Positions 10,338-23,600 of a stretch of DNA of 48,685 nucleotides are shown one piece after another. The first letter of the stretch is position 1, and each line of letters starts with the position of its first letter. Source of the DNA: Rotaria socialis (lineage: Eukaryota); assembly GCA_905331295.1 (NCBI GenBank), contig CAJNYD010000476.1, positions 1 through 48,685 on the forward strand, read 5' to 3'. The position numbers and the translations under genes are program-made. The notes under the pieces are model-generated. The model made no database searches, was not told where the DNA came from, and saw nothing but the letters and a program-made list of their open reading frames with translations.

Positions 10338-13262
10338 ATTTGTGTAGATACTTTGTGGAATGATAATCGAATGATGAATTGTATATGGTTTGCTGCTTTA
10401 TCCCTATCAAAAAAGAAATGAAATTTTCATGTATATATATATGCTTATATATGTAGTTTGAAGGGTTCTATGGAATTTCTCAAACGTAATTTCGGCAATA
10501 TCAAAATTTTTACGAAATTACGACAATGATAATTATTAATCAATTTTTTAGTGTGCATTTTACAGAGGAATTTCAAAAAAATTGACAAGATATGAAACTG
10601 TACTCAGTCAGTTAGAGTTCAATTAATATGATATTAAATTCGTTAACTATTACAAAACGACTTCCTTTACTAAAGCTTATTTTTCCTTTTTTTTCATTTC
10701 TGCTTTATTGTTTGTGATGGTGTAGGCGTGGGTGAGATCGTACTCCTGTCATTCACTCGCATCCATTCCTACACCCACACCAATGGTTCTTTCTAGTTTT
10801 CAGAAGAAGAGATATTGGAAAAGAAGAACAAATTACATTTGTTCCTAAACTATTCCACTATAAATATTATCTTTGGTAGAATCATGAAGAAAAATTGAAT
10901 AATTCGAATGATCTACTTACGCTTAAAGTATAACTTGAAATTTCGATGATTGTTTATGTTTGATAAACGAGTGAACAGATTTCGTGTGAATTTATAAATG
11001 AGTTTTATTGTTTAGTAATAGGATTTTCCCCCCAGTGTGTTTCGTTTTTCGTTTTATTGACATTGACCACTAATATCTATGATACATTTCCAAGATGAAA
11101 TTTGGAAGCTTCCTACTACCCAACGAAATTACATTGAAGCATGCAACTAAATGATAAAAACATTGATAACACTAGTCATGACGAAGATCGTTATCAGAGA
11201 AACAGGGATTCTTTCGATATCTCGCAGTGATAAGCTTGAAGAGTTTTCGTTTCGCAATAGTATTCAGAGAGGTTGATTGCACTTTGTAGCATTCAATGCA
11301 GTTCTTTTATCGATACGATATAGATTATTTCCTTAACATATTTGATTCATTCATTATTGATTTATTTCGAATTGAAAGGTATTCTATCAGAAGAATATTA
11401 AATGAGTTCACGTGGTAGCTTTGAATAGTCATTCTCTGAATTTAACCTTGAGCTGCGGATCTTATGGGTAGTGGTTGTTTATGGGCAAACGAAACAATGA
11501 TGATACAGCAGCATTCTGAGGCTGTTCAGATAAGCTGACCATCGAACATACCTGTTAGCGCTCACGAGGAGCGACGAACACAGTTAACGAATGTGTTATA
11601 TTCTCTCTGTTTATTCTGTTAGAAAACAAACGTTTATATATGCACACGAAAGCAGAGACAAGAAAATAGAGGAAAACGGAGAGAGAGAAAGGAAAAGAGA
11701 ATAGATAGAATCGAGATATACGTTACAGTAGAACGCACTGTAACAATACCCATCTTCAGAGCTATTCTTCTTCAAGAAAAAATCAAACAATTCCTTCATA
11801 GATGTGTCGATTCGTACCGTTTGAGTCGACGATATCGGTGCTGTGAGCAGTATTTGGTAGAATCAAATAGCTTCTGGAGCTCGTTGGCTCTCTTTTCTGT
11901 TTGTTTAAAGATCAGGAATATATTAGAGTACATGAGAAAATAGTACTAAATCGTATTGCATTGAAGGTTGGATTTCTTCAAACCAAATGTCGATTTCGTA
12001 TACACGGCTGTTTTCAACTGAGCTTCAAACTCCTGCTATACATGTATAACAATAGAGAAAAGCTAGAGAGGTGATGATCAACACTGGTAGCTGAAAGTTC
12101 TGATGCCATTATAATGGAAACCTAAAGCCACAAGAACATCTTTAAGTCGAGGCATCAAACTTCCCTTTACTTTGACTACTACTTATCAAGTAGACAGCAG
12201 CTTATCCTAGTTGAAATAGTAGAATTCCTCTACTGATGATTGCGATATGAAAAGTATGATCTTTACAGAATTTATTTTCGATGCATCACTTCGAATTTGT
12301 TTCGTAAAATTAGTTAAGATATCCTACGCACGTTTAAATAACATTGAAATCGACGACGGTTGAACGGAGTCAATATTTCAATTCACTCAATATATTTACA
12401 TGTTATAATTTTTCGAAGATTACAACAAGACAAAATTATGAGTATCTGCCTAATTCCAGTTCGAACATAAACGAAATTTTCCAAAATTTTCATCAGCTCC
12501 GATCCGTTCAAAGAAAAAGATTAACTTTCTGCTATACTTTCCTATTAGCATAGGAAAATAGAATAACTTTTTTTCTTGAGGGTGAGGGTGTGGATGTGTG
12601 TCTTACTTATATGCCCCCACACCACGACTTCATGGGGCATTTGAATTTGCGGCAAATTCAAAATGCTTATAACAGTATACCCCTATACCGCTATACGATT
12701 ATAGTGTAATAGTGGTATAGCGGTAGCTAGATGTCACGTATCCCTTACAGAGACAGAGGAGAAGGTACACCCACACGCACACCCTCCTATTTTCCTGTTC
12801 TCGAATGTGAGTGCTGGCTGAATTTTTATTTATTTTCGAATTAACTTTATGCAGTTGAAGCTTCATTTATATTCGAATTCGAATTAGGCATCTCATGCTA
12901 AGTACAGGACTTTTGTCCACGGTTATATCATATTTACGTGCTTGATGAAGGTTAAAATTCCTTATTAAAAGAGAAAGTGTTATTGGTTCTGTTGTTATTT
13001 TTAAGGAATTTCTTCAAGAGCTTTTCTAGTAATAATCGATGCCGCCGGTCCTTGTGTCCTTATTGATGTTACTTGATTTCTTCATTAGTGTTGGTGCTTT
13101 CATCACTTTTCTTCTGGCATTGATATATCACTCAAAATTTATTTGATATTGTATGAATAGATTTCTAGTAGTCATCGATAAAGTTTTCAAGAATATCTTT
13201 ATTATTATTGTTATTATGAAAAGAAAAAAGATATTTCATCGTTAAAAATTGAAGAAAAGTGT

Positions 13263-16200
13263 TTATGCTATACGTTTTTTCGCCTTAGCTCCTGATGTCT
13301 GGATAACTTTGACTTGTGTGCTAGAATTCCTTCCTTTGGGACCCATCCATGATGTTACTTTTGCTGTTGATGTCTCAACACTTTTAGGTTCTTGTTCGCC
13401 ATCAATATCAGTAGGTGACGGTTTATGTTTTTTTTCCGAGACCTTTTAGAATAACAAAGGTATTATGCAAAAGAATGGTATCATCTAGATCAAACGTAAT
13501 AATATCTGCATCTGCAACATTGCCAGTCCATAGATCTTTTCTTTCGAGATAAAACTGTAATGGTACTTTAGTATCTACGTTAACATTCGAAAGAACACGA
13601 ATCATCACTCGTTTGAGTATACCAATCCAAGAGTCAATATTCCGAAGAGATGCAGCAATTTCTTGCTTACCGAATGTCATTGAAATAAATCGTTCAACAA
13701 TTTCCGTTCGTTCAACTGTTTTTTTCAACAAATGTTTGAGTTGTTGGCATTTCAATATTTAGATCCATATCTATATCTCTTAAATAAGTAAATACATAAT
13801 CGAGTGAACCAAGAAAATTAACAATGTCACCATTATCCATTCCTGGCATGAGATCTATGCGTTTTTTTCGTTCAGTAATCTCCAATGGCTCTTGTTTAAC
13901 ACGTGTTCGAACGTCGGTAATTAACGATGAATTTTCGCCATAAAGTTCAAATTGATAATTGCGATATTGTAATTTTTCAGTATCAATCATAGGCACTATA
14001 TTCATAGTTAATCATAAAACTATCCGTGACTAATTGCTGACTGGTTTCTGCGGCATTAATTTCAAATAAATGTTCGCTTCGAATAGATTGTACTGGCACG
14101 ATGTGTTCCTGTCGTCGTCTTCCCGATAGATCAGTACCAAGTGTATTATGAAAATAATTGACAACTTCACTTTGTAATTTACCTATTGTTTTTAAACATA
14201 CTGGCAGTAGGATACTGGTTTCATCTTTGGATGCATTCAATAAAACTACAGCAATCATTGTATTGTTAGCAAAATCTTCTTTTTCTTGCACATGTTCAAT
14301 TTTAGCTGTTTGACAATCAAATCGAACTTCTTTCAAATTGAGTGCATACCATGCGTCGAGAAATGATTCATAAAGTTTTAAAGTCGTCTCACAATCAGGC
14401 CCATCAGTTAAATAATATTCGATTGTTGTTACAGCAGCATCATTTCGTTTAAGACGATGATTAAATTTATGAATAAGATAATTCGTAAATGTGACGATAG
14501 GATACAGATATTGAATATTTTCATAGGTTTCTAAACGGTTCATTAAAAATGTTGTTATTGGATAGATTTTTTCACTGTACAGCATAGCTTGTAGTTTAGT
14601 ACGAAATTTTTCAATGGGATTCGCTGCATAAATATTGGTAAGATTGAAAAATTTTAATAGTGGATATTTAGCTTCGTTTTCGAAGAGTTCATCGACAAAA
14701 TATTCTAATCGTGAACTTTCACTTTGCTTTTGAGTATACTCAGCGAATGATCGTTTGTATTCATTGATTTCAGTTGGTACGGAATTAATATGAGCGAAAA
14801 TTAGTCGTTCTTCAATCAATTTTTCTAATTCGATTACTTTCTGATTTTTGTTAAGGATACCCTTGAGTAAAAATGTTTCGTCAAGCGTATGATTAATCAG
14901 TCTGAATAGCCATACATGGCAGTTTTCAATATGGCCGCATTGTTGTCCAATTAGAACATAATCTTTTTCAAAATGGTTTCGAAAATAGTCTCGGTTTGGT
15001 AGAGTTGAATTTGTTAATAATTCCAGCTCGTGTAGGATTAGTAGAGTGGCACAAGTTAACATGTGCATGAAACGAAACGAAATGGATCGATTTAGGTGTT
15101 CAGACTTTTCATCCACGTTACTCTCCTCAGTATTTGTGATGTTATGATATCCGAAACGATCTTTTTCATCCTACGTCTTGATATAATCAGCAATGAACTG
15201 AAAACCTGCTTCGATGGGCATTTGAGTATGGGGTGGAATACGAATAATGGGTTTATTGTAGCTCGTTGCACCAATATCCGTTTTACACATAGGGCATTTG
15301 ATTAGCTCGTATGGGCGACCGCATCCTTCGAAATGAAACATATAGGGGCAAGCGTCTGAGCATTTATAAATGAACATTGCGTCTGGAACAATTTCACTTC
15401 TATCCAAACGTTCTTTCACTTGGGTCCTCACATAAAGCATCTTTGTAATAGCAATATCGCTAGAGAGAAGACCAGGCAAACATATAGATGATTGAAGACG
15501 TTCTGTATAGTTATTTGGCATCTGACGTTTGTCATCGAAAAGTAAAGATCCAACGTATGTAATATAATTGAGTGATTTACACGAGAGAAGATAAACAGCA
15601 ATGTTTAAAACAACTAAACGTTGATGGACTTCTTTGATATCCATGTTCGGTTGAAGTCGAAAGTACGAAGTATTACTAAAGTTCTTACACAAAGAAATAA
15701 GTAGTTTGGAACTAATTACATCGAAACATTTACAGATATGCTGATTTAGTTCATGTGTAAATAATCGAACCCATTTTTCATCTATCGATGTGGCATTTTT
15801 CGTGTAAAAACGCAAATAATAATGAATAAACCAGACAAGAAAACAGTATGATGAAGTTTGATTAGTTGTACAATTTGTAATCAATTGTCGCAAATGTTCA
15901 ATATCATTGCTATATGAAAGTATATCGCTGATACGTTTGAATTCGTCTTCACCTACAAAGAGTGGTGTTGGTAAAATAAGATTGTGTTGTGCTTGATTAG
16001 ATTGTTGATCTTGCGGCTTTTCAAGGATTGTTCGAAGCCAGACAACAGCACTATTGGAAAACTTCTCACAAAACGCATCAAATTTAACACTTGATAGTTC
16101 ACAGATTTGCTTGATTACAAATAGTTTGAGTGTTAAAGAGAGAGGTAATTCGTCTCGAGTTAGAAATTGATCAATCGTACCCATAATCGCCTCCGAACAC

Positions 16201-17491
16201 TGATTTTTTAAAGCAACTGCATATAATTCAATATAATATTTAATCCAAGCAATCAGACTGATTGATATGGAACTGTGATTGGATTGTTCATCTTGAAGTT
16301 GTCGTACATTCTCCTCAAATTGTGTGTAATTGTCCGTGAGAATTTGTTCGGGTGTACCTTGTTCGCTTGCACGAAGCATCAATTGCATATGAATACGATT
16401 CACTAGCAATCGTTCGATTTTGTATGTATCACCATTGATATTATTCAAGCATTCATCAAGTAACTCGATCTTATCGGGATCTTCAAGTTGTCCATTTTTT
16501 GATAAGACCGTTGAAAATAATTCCACTTCTTGATCAATGAATGACAAAATCTTGGCTGAATATTGCCACAAATCATTTTTCGGTTTACTAAACAATGCTA
16601 GTACTTCAGGATATTGCTCACTGTTATCTGGTAGCCAAGTTTTAAGAAACTCCATTTCAAGTTCAAGTAATGTTCGCTGTCGATGCGGAAGAACATTATC
16701 TGTAGTTGATTCGCTATCGACGAACAGATTACGTAAGTATTCGATAAATTCATGAATAGCATTACAATTCTCAAATGCCGCATTGAATCCACCGAGACTA
16801 CACGCATTCTCAAAAAAATTGCTAGCGTGTTCAGCTGGAAACAAAGCCGTAATACAACGAACAAGACTAGCAAATGAACGTAATTTTTCGAGATTATCTA
16901 CTGTATATGTGTTGAGTGAAGAATACTTTGTATAACACGATTGTAACAATTTATCAACTGTTCAATATTATCGATACGACTAATAATTGTTGATGAAACA
17001 AGATGATCGGAGGTATAATTTTGAATTGATTGCTTATTGAAAGCATTTATAACAGTTTCTTCGCCTACAAGCTGCATGCTGATTTCAAAAATTCTCAAGA
17101 TTTCGAATAATTCTACATGATCAATAAGAAGATGTTGAAGGTGATTTGTTATTGATCGAGTTGGATTTAATGTGAGCAAACGTTGAACAAATGAAGTTGG
17201 CAATTGATAAACTTTCGCTTCATCGTGAGCGAGTGCAACTTGATCATGATAATAATGTGTGAATAAATCTGAATTATTGAAAATAAGTTTGATATTTTCC
17301 TTATAGATACTTTTATCAGTTAATTGTTTCATTGCTTGATTTGCTAATTCATCGCTTTGAATTCTTTCATCGTCTAGGCTACGTTTCATTGTAGTATCAC
17401 GACTTTGACGAATAATTCCATATTCAGTTGTTGCACATGGAAAACGAAAATTAAAAAATAATGGAATTTCGATAACATAACGATTCATCAT
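13263..17491 (-). pseudogene. 5'-truncated, disrupted RNF213-like gene: E3-module/C-terminal half with RZ finger
   Basis: Five collinear ORFs. In-frame TAG at 15171-73 (IKT*DEKDRFGYH); frame breaks at about 16950, 13990, 13730 and 13430; last frame ends ...AKKRIA* at 13263. RZ-like motif YKCSDACPY..EGCGRPYELIKCPMCKTDIG at about 15250-15372. No AAA+ part upstream. Confidence 0.8.
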
Positions 17492-17755
17492 TGTTCGATC
17501 GTCTTAATGGTGTAGCTGTCGAATAGGAACAGTAACGCACCCACATCCATACCCCAAACCCGCACCCCTAAGTGTTTTGCTTTATTTTAATTTTTTTAGA
17601 CCAGTAATCATGTTACGTAACGGGATTATTTATAGTGGGTAATGTAAGTTCACAGAAAAGGACACAATTTCAAAAATAAAAAAATTACATCGATGTCTAC
17701 GAAAACAAAATGTACATAGAAGTAACTGTATCGTCCACTTGCACACTCTTCTATT

Positions 17756-18079
17756 TCATTGTCTCACTGATTTAAAGGATACTTTCATCAACTTTTCACG
17801 TTGTTTCTCCAATCGTTGAATTTCTTCTTCAATCCATTTTTGTTCACGTTCAATCTCATTAGATTTCATTTCCAATGAGTCGTACTGTCGGCGTAATTTT
17901 TTTAAAAGTTCTTCGTCTTGTTTGCGAAAATAAGCATTTTCAAAAGCTTGCTCACGTTCTGCGAATTTATCATGAGCGGCATTGATTGAACCAGCTGTTG
18001 GGTCCGTTGATAAAAATCGTGGACAATTAAGGATGCGTGTAGTTTGTTGAATTAAAATATTTCGTGGTATGCGCAACAT
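17756..18079 (-). CDS. ATP5IF1: Mitochondrial F1Fo-ATPase inhibitor IF1
   Basis: Arg-rich presequence, IF1 signature AGSINAAHDKFAEREQAFENAYFRKQDEELLKKLR, and a C-terminal coiled coil. AATAAA on the minus strand at 17581-86. Confidence 0.88.
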   Translation of the reverse strand: MLRIPRNILIQQTTRILNCPRFLSTDPTAGSINAAHDKFAEREQAFENAYFRKQDEELLKKLRRQYDSLEMKSNEIEREQKWIEEEIQRLEKQREKLMKVSFKSVRQ

Positions 18080-18665
18080 GTTGAATGCTTCAAATGATCG
18101 ATTTCGAAATAGATTTGCTACTCAACAGAGATATGACGAGCTAAAATATGCCAAAAAAAGAACTGCACTCATTCGCCTATACTTTTTTCTAGATGATTTG
18201 TCTTTTACGCAGCATGCAATCGTGTTCTTTTTAAAGACGAAATAGAAATGTAGGTTATCGAAGGAAAGGAAAAAGAATGAGAATAAGTGTACTCTCTTCC
18301 CTTCGCCTTGTATATCAGAACGACAGAAAAGCATTATCTTTCAACTCAATCATTTCTCTCTGCCAAAAAAGACATTTCAGTGTATACATTTTGTTTTATA
18401 GAGAACGACAACAGTAACTATGAAGAACAGTTTCGATCTTTGACTCTGTGTGCATGAACGTGAGGACGTACGTAGTTGAGACTGCCGATCTATTTCTCCC
18501 GCATTCGTGTTGTTATTCAAAAGTTATAATCATGAATCATCTTTTTTCTAATTTCTTAATTAAATTATTTTGAATTAATTGAAAACATAAAAAGAAATCA
18601 CGCAAATGTTTCTGAAAATTTGCTGAACTAAAAGAAAGTTCAGCCGGAATTGAAAATAGTTTGTT

Positions 18666-20640
18666 TCATTCATCTATTTTTTTCAATTCAAGTGATATTG
18701 TTGTTGAATCAATAGAAAGCAGTTCCTTGATGTCATTTACTGATAAGTCGAAACCAATTTGTGTTCGATCGTCATCCAATGCTATCAACTCATATAGGTT
18801 CATATCCTCTTTCGACATATGTAACTTCTGCAGTGTTTCTTTAACAACTATTTCTATCGGTGTATCTTGATGGCATGGTAATGAAACATTCTGATTGGAA
18901 TACATGATTGAACAATGTAGAGATGCTGTAGAAATAATTTGAAATTGAATTTCAGTCATATTTTCATCAATATCTTCTAAAGAGATATCATCGCCAGTTT
19001 CGGTATCGTCATTCATAGCCAAACGATAATAAGCTTCGTTAACGCAAAATATTTGGCATGCAATCGCACAGAGTCGTTCCATTGTTATCGAAAGTGAACA
19101 ATTAAATTGAATTGACTTCTTTTCTTCGCCATTTTCAATGCTAACAGTAACTGGTAAATTTTGATCGATCACTCTAAATTGAATTGGTGATTCTGATTTC
19201 AGAGATGTTAATTGAATATCTGTTGATGGAACAAAATCATTTGAATATAGAAGATATTGATGTAAAATATCAAGTTGATTTTCTTTATTAACATTGGCTA
19301 TAGTAGCAAAAACAGTAAATCGTTGAAATTTCTCATTTTCTTCGTCATTAGTATCGGTAAGTTGTAAATCATTCGATTTTTTAATCGATACAAGACAAGT
19401 TTCATTTTCTTTAACAAGAATAAATTGAGTTTTATTTAAATTCGAAAGTATTTCATTAGAATTAAGAATTATTTTTGTGTCATAAGTAGCTAAATATTTG
19501 TAAACATCGATGGATTTTTCTGTTAAATTTAATAATTGTTCAATAGTTAGATTTCTATTTGGTATAGGGATTTTAATTTGTTCCTTGTCGTCATATTTTG
19601 TTATTTGCAATGAGATTGATATTTGAAAATGAATTGATTCATTTTCAATAGTTGAATAAGTACCGACAGATTTTTGAAGATCATCTTTTGTTAAAACTTG
19701 TTCATCTGTTTCTTTCAAGACAAAAAGACAAGCATCCGGAGATATATCCGTTAAATTTAATTGTTCGAGAATATTTTCTTTATTTAATAAAGAAGAAATC
19801 GGCATTGCTTTTAATGCATAAATAGATTGACTATGTGTTTCAAAGGTGAACATAACTTTAGTTATCATATTTCGATTAATAATATCGATTATCGTTGACT
19901 CTGTTTGATTTATTGTTGACGAAATAATTTGATTATCATCAATAATTAATTTTTTTTCTCGTATTAGAAAAGCATAATCATTGATAGAAGGATCAGTTAT
20001 AGATGAAAGAGTTTTTAACCAAAGATTAATTTGTTGCCATTGAGTTGTTGGATAAAATAAATTCATTATTTCATTTTGATCTATAAAAAATAGCAAATAA
20101 TTCTATGAATAGGATTTTTCTTTTGATTACCTTTATTGTATTGTAAAGCACATTCATATAGAATACCGGCACTCGACGTCTCTGCAGTCACGAAAATCGA
20201 CATCGTTTTTGAATCTGCTTTAGGAAGATCACTAATGGTTCCATCAGCAATACATTTGCCATATTCATCATAGAAACAAAGGATAGTATCGGTTGATAAG
20301 TTTTTCAGTTGTTTATCGTCAATAAAATGATGAACGATAGTTGGAATAGTACATTTCGATGTCGTGAAATATTCAGATAGTTGTGCTCGAAATTGAAATT
20401 GAATTTGAATTAAGAACTGTTTTTCAATAATATGATATTCTAAAATTGATTGATTTTGTAAACAATAATTATCTTTTGTAAAATCGACAAAAATTTCATT
20501 TTTATCAACAACAACAAATAAATTATGATCATATTTTTTTCCAACAAATAATTTCTTTAATTCTTCCGAAAACTTTTCAAATCTCCATAAATATGTTTTC
20601 GATTCTCTATTTGGATGTACAATAGTAAATTTTTGTGCTT
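18666..20640 (-). other. Array of about 8 divergent ~75-85-aa beta-grasp/ubiquitin-like units at the C-terminus of the giant gene
   Basis: Recurring strand-strand-helix pattern, e.g. VTVSIENGEEKKSIQFNCSLSITMERLCAIACQIF..YRL..DDISLEDI and LHCSIMYSNQNVSLPCHQDTPIEIVVKETLQKL..YELI. Fold assignment is inference. Confidence 0.55.
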
Positions 20641-23600
20641 TATTTCCAATAGCTGATTCTATTGATGGTTCTTCTCGATATTTATGTATTTGTTGAAAGA
20701 ATACGGATGATGTGCATGGAACTGACTTTAAATTGAATGTCATCAAAGATGTATATTGAATGTCCTTATCTACGAGCTCTTTAGGTTTGATTTGTGTTTG
20801 ATCTACTGGCCGATCTATATTAGGTATATTATCTTTATCTGTGAAATCAGAAATTAATCCATTTGCATCGGGCACAGGAAGTTTCCAATCTGTTGATTCC
20901 TTACTGTTTTGATTTTCGTTGGATATTTGACTATTATATTGTGGATCTATATATTGATGCAAACGACTTCCTTGTTTATCTTGTTGTTCGTCTGAATTTA
21001 AATTTTCATCCCATAATTTCATTTTTTGTTCTTCAATGTTAAATTTTTGTTCTTGAAGTTTTGATCTCGTACGTATTAAATGAATATAAAGATCAACATA
21101 ATTTTCACATTTTATTTTATGTGGTATCCATGAACGTATTGGATTATCAATTGTTAAAATTGCTAAAATTTCGCAAGTTTCAATTAATGATTGTGCCGAT
21201 TGTTGAAGAAGAGTATCTTCAATTGCTTTTAAGTCATTAAGAAATTCTGTGATTGTTTGAATTGTTATCTGAATTTTGTCTACATCATTGTGATAATCGA
21301 TGTTAAGAATATTTTCATTCAAATTTTTAATAAGTTCATGATTTAATTGAGACTCAATTCCAACTCGAAGTAAAGGCGGTATGTCTGTAAATAAATGCTG
21401 AAATCCACAAACTGATTTTCCATAGATTTCAATAACATGATCAATATAACATAATTGAAAATCTATTATTTCGTATTGTTCTAATCGTTGAAGAATATCA
21501 TTATCTTTATCAGTCATGCGAACAAATTCAAAAAGATAATTTGATGAGAAATCATTTTGATGAGTTTTCAATGTTAATGCTATTTGCCTTAGAAGTTTAT
21601 GCGTATGATAAAGTTTGTCTAATAGAATATCTTTCAGATAGTTCCATTCGTTTTCAAGTTGCTCATCACTTAATCGAACCAAATATTTTTCATCGAGATC
21701 TAAACGTTCATTATCTGTTGTTGTTGCTTTTCTATTTGTATGCCATTGATATTTTTGCATAATATGACGATAATTAATACGGCAAAATAAAAGAGACGTT
21801 CGAATAATCTGTGATTGAATATAGACAAAATTAAACATTAATCGAGAATTTGATGTAATGAAGTACTGTTCTTCATTATCAATAAAACTAGCTTGACATA
21901 ACTGTTCAATCCATAGGCAATCCTTTTCATTTAAATTAATAACACCAGTATTATCATTTGCAACTTGTAAAATTGAGACAGTTTTTGATGTTAATTCTTT
22001 GATCAAATTTCTTAACGAACCGACAGTATGATTCTCATTTTTGTTCAATTCGTTTTCCATCAAGTTTAATAAATTATTGTGATAATTCACTAAGACACTA
22101 AAAAAAATGAAGAAATTTATTTAGCAATGGGATTTGTGTCGGCGCGAGACTTCAAGGTCTCCGGATAAAACTTGCATAAGTCTAGAACGAAAGTAGGTAG
22201 TGACTTATGGTTTTCAGAAATTAAATGAGAAGACATTGAGACATTTTTATCTTGGATAATGGGTAGCATGAAAATATTTTGTAACATGTGATTGCCGCAA
22301 AAAAATTCAAAAACAAATTTATGAACATCGCCTGCCACCCTTATAAAACTTTAATAGTAAGAAAGGAACTGTGTTTGAAAATTCAACTCGATACCGTATT
22401 ATTCGATTGAACAGTTCTATGATTTTATTTTTTCAGCATATCGGACGTGACAAGATAACCAGTTAAATTGTTTCTCGAACTATAAATCCCAGGTTGCTTT
22501 ATTCTAGAGGTATGTGAAAATTAAAATCTCATCGGAATCATATTAATTATTTCATATATATTGTCGAACTAAAAGATAGTCCCATGTGTTTAGTTTTGAT
22601 TGCTAAAAACTACGGATTGACAGTTATTTGCATTCTAGGCATAAGCATATTCTATTTTTAATTGAGTATTTGGAAACCTCAAATCGATATTTTGTTTTTT
22701 AATTTCTGCTTTGATTTTCAAAAGATTCAAACTAAGGAAAATAACTGATAGGTTGATATTTAAAATGATGATTCTTTTTTATGTTCATTCTAATGCGGAT
22801 AATGAAAATAAATTTTCGTTAGCAATTCATTTTATTTCAAGTGCAATATACAAAAGAACATCAAGAATAGAATGAGTTATTCAGGATGTGAGCGTGAATA
22901 GGGGGTACATGCCATGTTTATTAACAGTGCTAGACTCTAGTAGATTGTTAAGATAAAAGTCTCCTAAAAAACAGGTATTTCGAATCATTTTGTGATTCAG
23001 GTGGGTCATGAACTGAAACATAAAGCTAAAAGCTCGGTATTAGTTGAAAAAAAATCTTTTTTTGAGTTCTAATCATCGGGCGATTCAGATTACACATTGT
23101 TTCAAATGAAATTAATATTTAACATAGTGGATTTCGTTCTTATCAATGTGACAGCATCTGAAATAGAGAAAATGTCAATAACGCGAGGAAGAAACAGCTG
23201 AAATCAGACTTTTCTGATTTAAAATTAGAAAAAAATCCAAAATAAATTAGAAAAATCAAGAAAATCTTATTGAAGCTCTTTCACCCTAGATTGATATTTT
23301 GAATAACAGAGATTAAAAATTGTATCACTTCGATCGACTCATTGATTTTTCTGAGTTTTTTTTTATTTAAAAGTGATTAAAAATCAAAATATCAGCTACT
23401 TCCCCTTTGCAATAACTAAATGATTCTTAACATAGCAGTGAAGTCCTCAAAATTTGCCGACAAGAATAAAATATAATGTCAAGCTGTATTATCAGAAAAT
23501 GTTTGCAAGTCTCGGTATCAGAAAATACTTTTATCAGAACGTGAACTAAAACCACACAAAGAATGACTTAGTTTATGTCTAATCTAATTGAACTGCACAG

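Noticed and set aside
12231..12260. CTGATGA...GAAA as a hammerhead ribozyme core
   Set aside because: No stem II or flanking stems could be paired.
17504..17779. IF1 splicing from AAA|gtatcc to gacag|CTACACCATTAA
   Set aside because: The donor is weak, and the unspliced ORF already has a stop and a downstream AATAAA. It cannot be supported without RNA data.
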